The notes under the pieces: model-generated
Told to the model about the DNA's origin: nothing
Databases searched by the model: none
Seen by the model: only the letters and a program-made list of their open reading frames with translations
Shown: in pieces, positions 62,251-64,000 of the stretch
How positions within the stretch are numbered: position 1 is the first letter of the stretch
Layout: the number at the start of each line of letters is the position of its first letter
Source of the DNA: Octopus sinensis
Lineage: Eukaryota
Assembly: GCF_006345805.1 (NCBI RefSeq)
Contig: NC_043009.1
Span: forward strand, 37,882,001 to 37,946,000
DNA: 64,000 nucleotides
Direction of reading: 5' to 3'
Made by a program: the position numbers and the translations under genes

Positions 62251-64000
62251 TATGCATGTGTGTGTGTGTGTGATTGTTTGCTCCACCACCACCACCACCA
62301 CCACCACCACTTGACAACCTTTGCTTAGGAGTTTGGCATAAGGGACTGATAGAATAGGTACTAGGCTTAAAAAAAAGAAGAAAATATTAATACTGGGGTT
62401 GATTTCTTCAACCAAAACCTTCAGTGTGGAACTTCAACATAGTTGCAGTCCAGTGACTGAAATAAATAAAAATACACACATGAAAGACTTCCTTTTTCTT
62501 GTCAAACAAATCCACTCACAAGGCTTTTGGTTGGCCTATGTCTATAGCAGAAGACACTTGCCCAAGGTGCTGCCTAGTGGGACTGAATCCCAAACAAATG
62601 AGATTTGGAAGCTGACTTCTTGACCACACAACTATGCCTGCTCTCAATACTGATACAAAAAATATAACACACTTTGCTGACAACATTTCTATTGTAAAAT
62701 AAATAAACCACCTATGATACACTTCAATCAATTTTGAAAACAAAGAATGAAAAACTTGGAGGGATTTAGTAAAATAACGCTTTTTTTTTTCGTTAAGCCA
62801 TTATTTGGAGTAGAAATTAACAAAAGGTTTTTCACATAAAAATTATGATAGAAGATTTTATATTTGAATATGAATACTTTAAAGCATGTGGTTTTGTAGC
62901 ATAGAGAAACCAGAAGGCTGGTGTCGAAAAGGATCGCAGAAAACTTTTTCTCTCACAAACATTTTAATGGATTATGCTCACAAAATAATCTAAAGAACAA
63001 AAAGACAAAAAAAAAAGGAGGAAAAAAAAAGAAGGCAAAGCAAAACATAAAACTTCTTTTGATCTAGTGAATAAAACATCTAAAGTAGAGAATGGTAGTA
63101 ATGGCATAGAGATGCGAGATAAATATAGGAAGAATGAAGATGAAAATCATAATTAAAAATGTTTATAATTTCATTATAAATATTCAGAGGTATAATATGT
63201 GTGTGTGTACATTTATATATATACACCCTTTATATGTAAAAGGTATATAACAATATGATAGAATAATGGTATTGTTTTCATATAGATATGTATGTAAGTG
63301 TATATATTTTGTTTGGAGGGACATAATGGAATCTTTATAGACCTCTTAATTTAGATTAAAGGTATCTGTACTGGCCAGTGCTTCTTCAAATTCTCACCAA
63401 ACAGATTTTTGGTTTGTTCTTTAAAAAAGATACTTATTCAGTTTTGATAGTGTGTAAAATTCTAAGTATCATTAACCAATGGCGGGGAAAAAAAAAACCC
63501 CATCTAAAACCCCACATAAACACACTCCCCCACAGGTAAAAATGCACAAACACATACATTACTTGCACAAATATATATATACACACATATAAATACACAC
63601 ACATAAATATATATATATATATAACATGTACACATATACACATACAATCACACTTATATTCTTTTGTTTAACACCCGTTTTGTATAAGTTTGGACAAGGT
63701 TATTGAAACAGGACTTTAGAACCATGTGCTCATTCCGTCACATACCTTAACAACTAAGGGATTTCTTTAGGTCTTTGAAAACGCAGGGCAACTTATATTG
63801 TCAACAAAGAATGTCAATACAAGCACCACTTCACTGAAGCAGTGACAACATGAAATGTAAACAATATATGCATATCTGCAGATACACACACAAACATGAT
63901 GGGATTCCTGCAGATTTCAACTACCAACTCCCTCATATAACGTTATTAGTTGGGCTGAGGCTACACTACAGTGTCTGATGAAAAAAACCTCCTGTATTAA

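Overview
This is AT-rich, repeat-saturated eukaryotic (animal) DNA. The SINE families, RTE 3' ends and dense (TA/CA/AAT/AG)n microsatellites resemble an octopod cephalopod genome; that is an inference from repeat style, not a database match. There are no prokaryotic features, CRISPR arrays, rRNA genes or true tRNA genes. Almost all ORFs in the supplied track are artefacts of SINEs or microsatellites. The window is dominated by three tRNA-headed SINE families (my labels A, C, M), RTE-LINE 3' ends, TTAA-flanked piggyBac-type MITEs, and hAT, Tc1/mariner, R4/Dong-like and Penelope-like relics. Five small phase-compatible exon candidates on the minus strand (34.9 to 20.9 kb) may be the 3' end of an unidentified protein-coding gene. 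The most interesting non-coding signals are a 186-bp GC-rich insertion with two hammerhead-like CUGANGA...GAAAC motifs (46.9-47.1 kb), a minimal hammerhead-like motif in a Penelope-like fragment (51.2 kb) and a 77-bp-arm foldback (54.0 kb). Boundaries were read by eye and are approximate unless a TSD or splice site fixes them.
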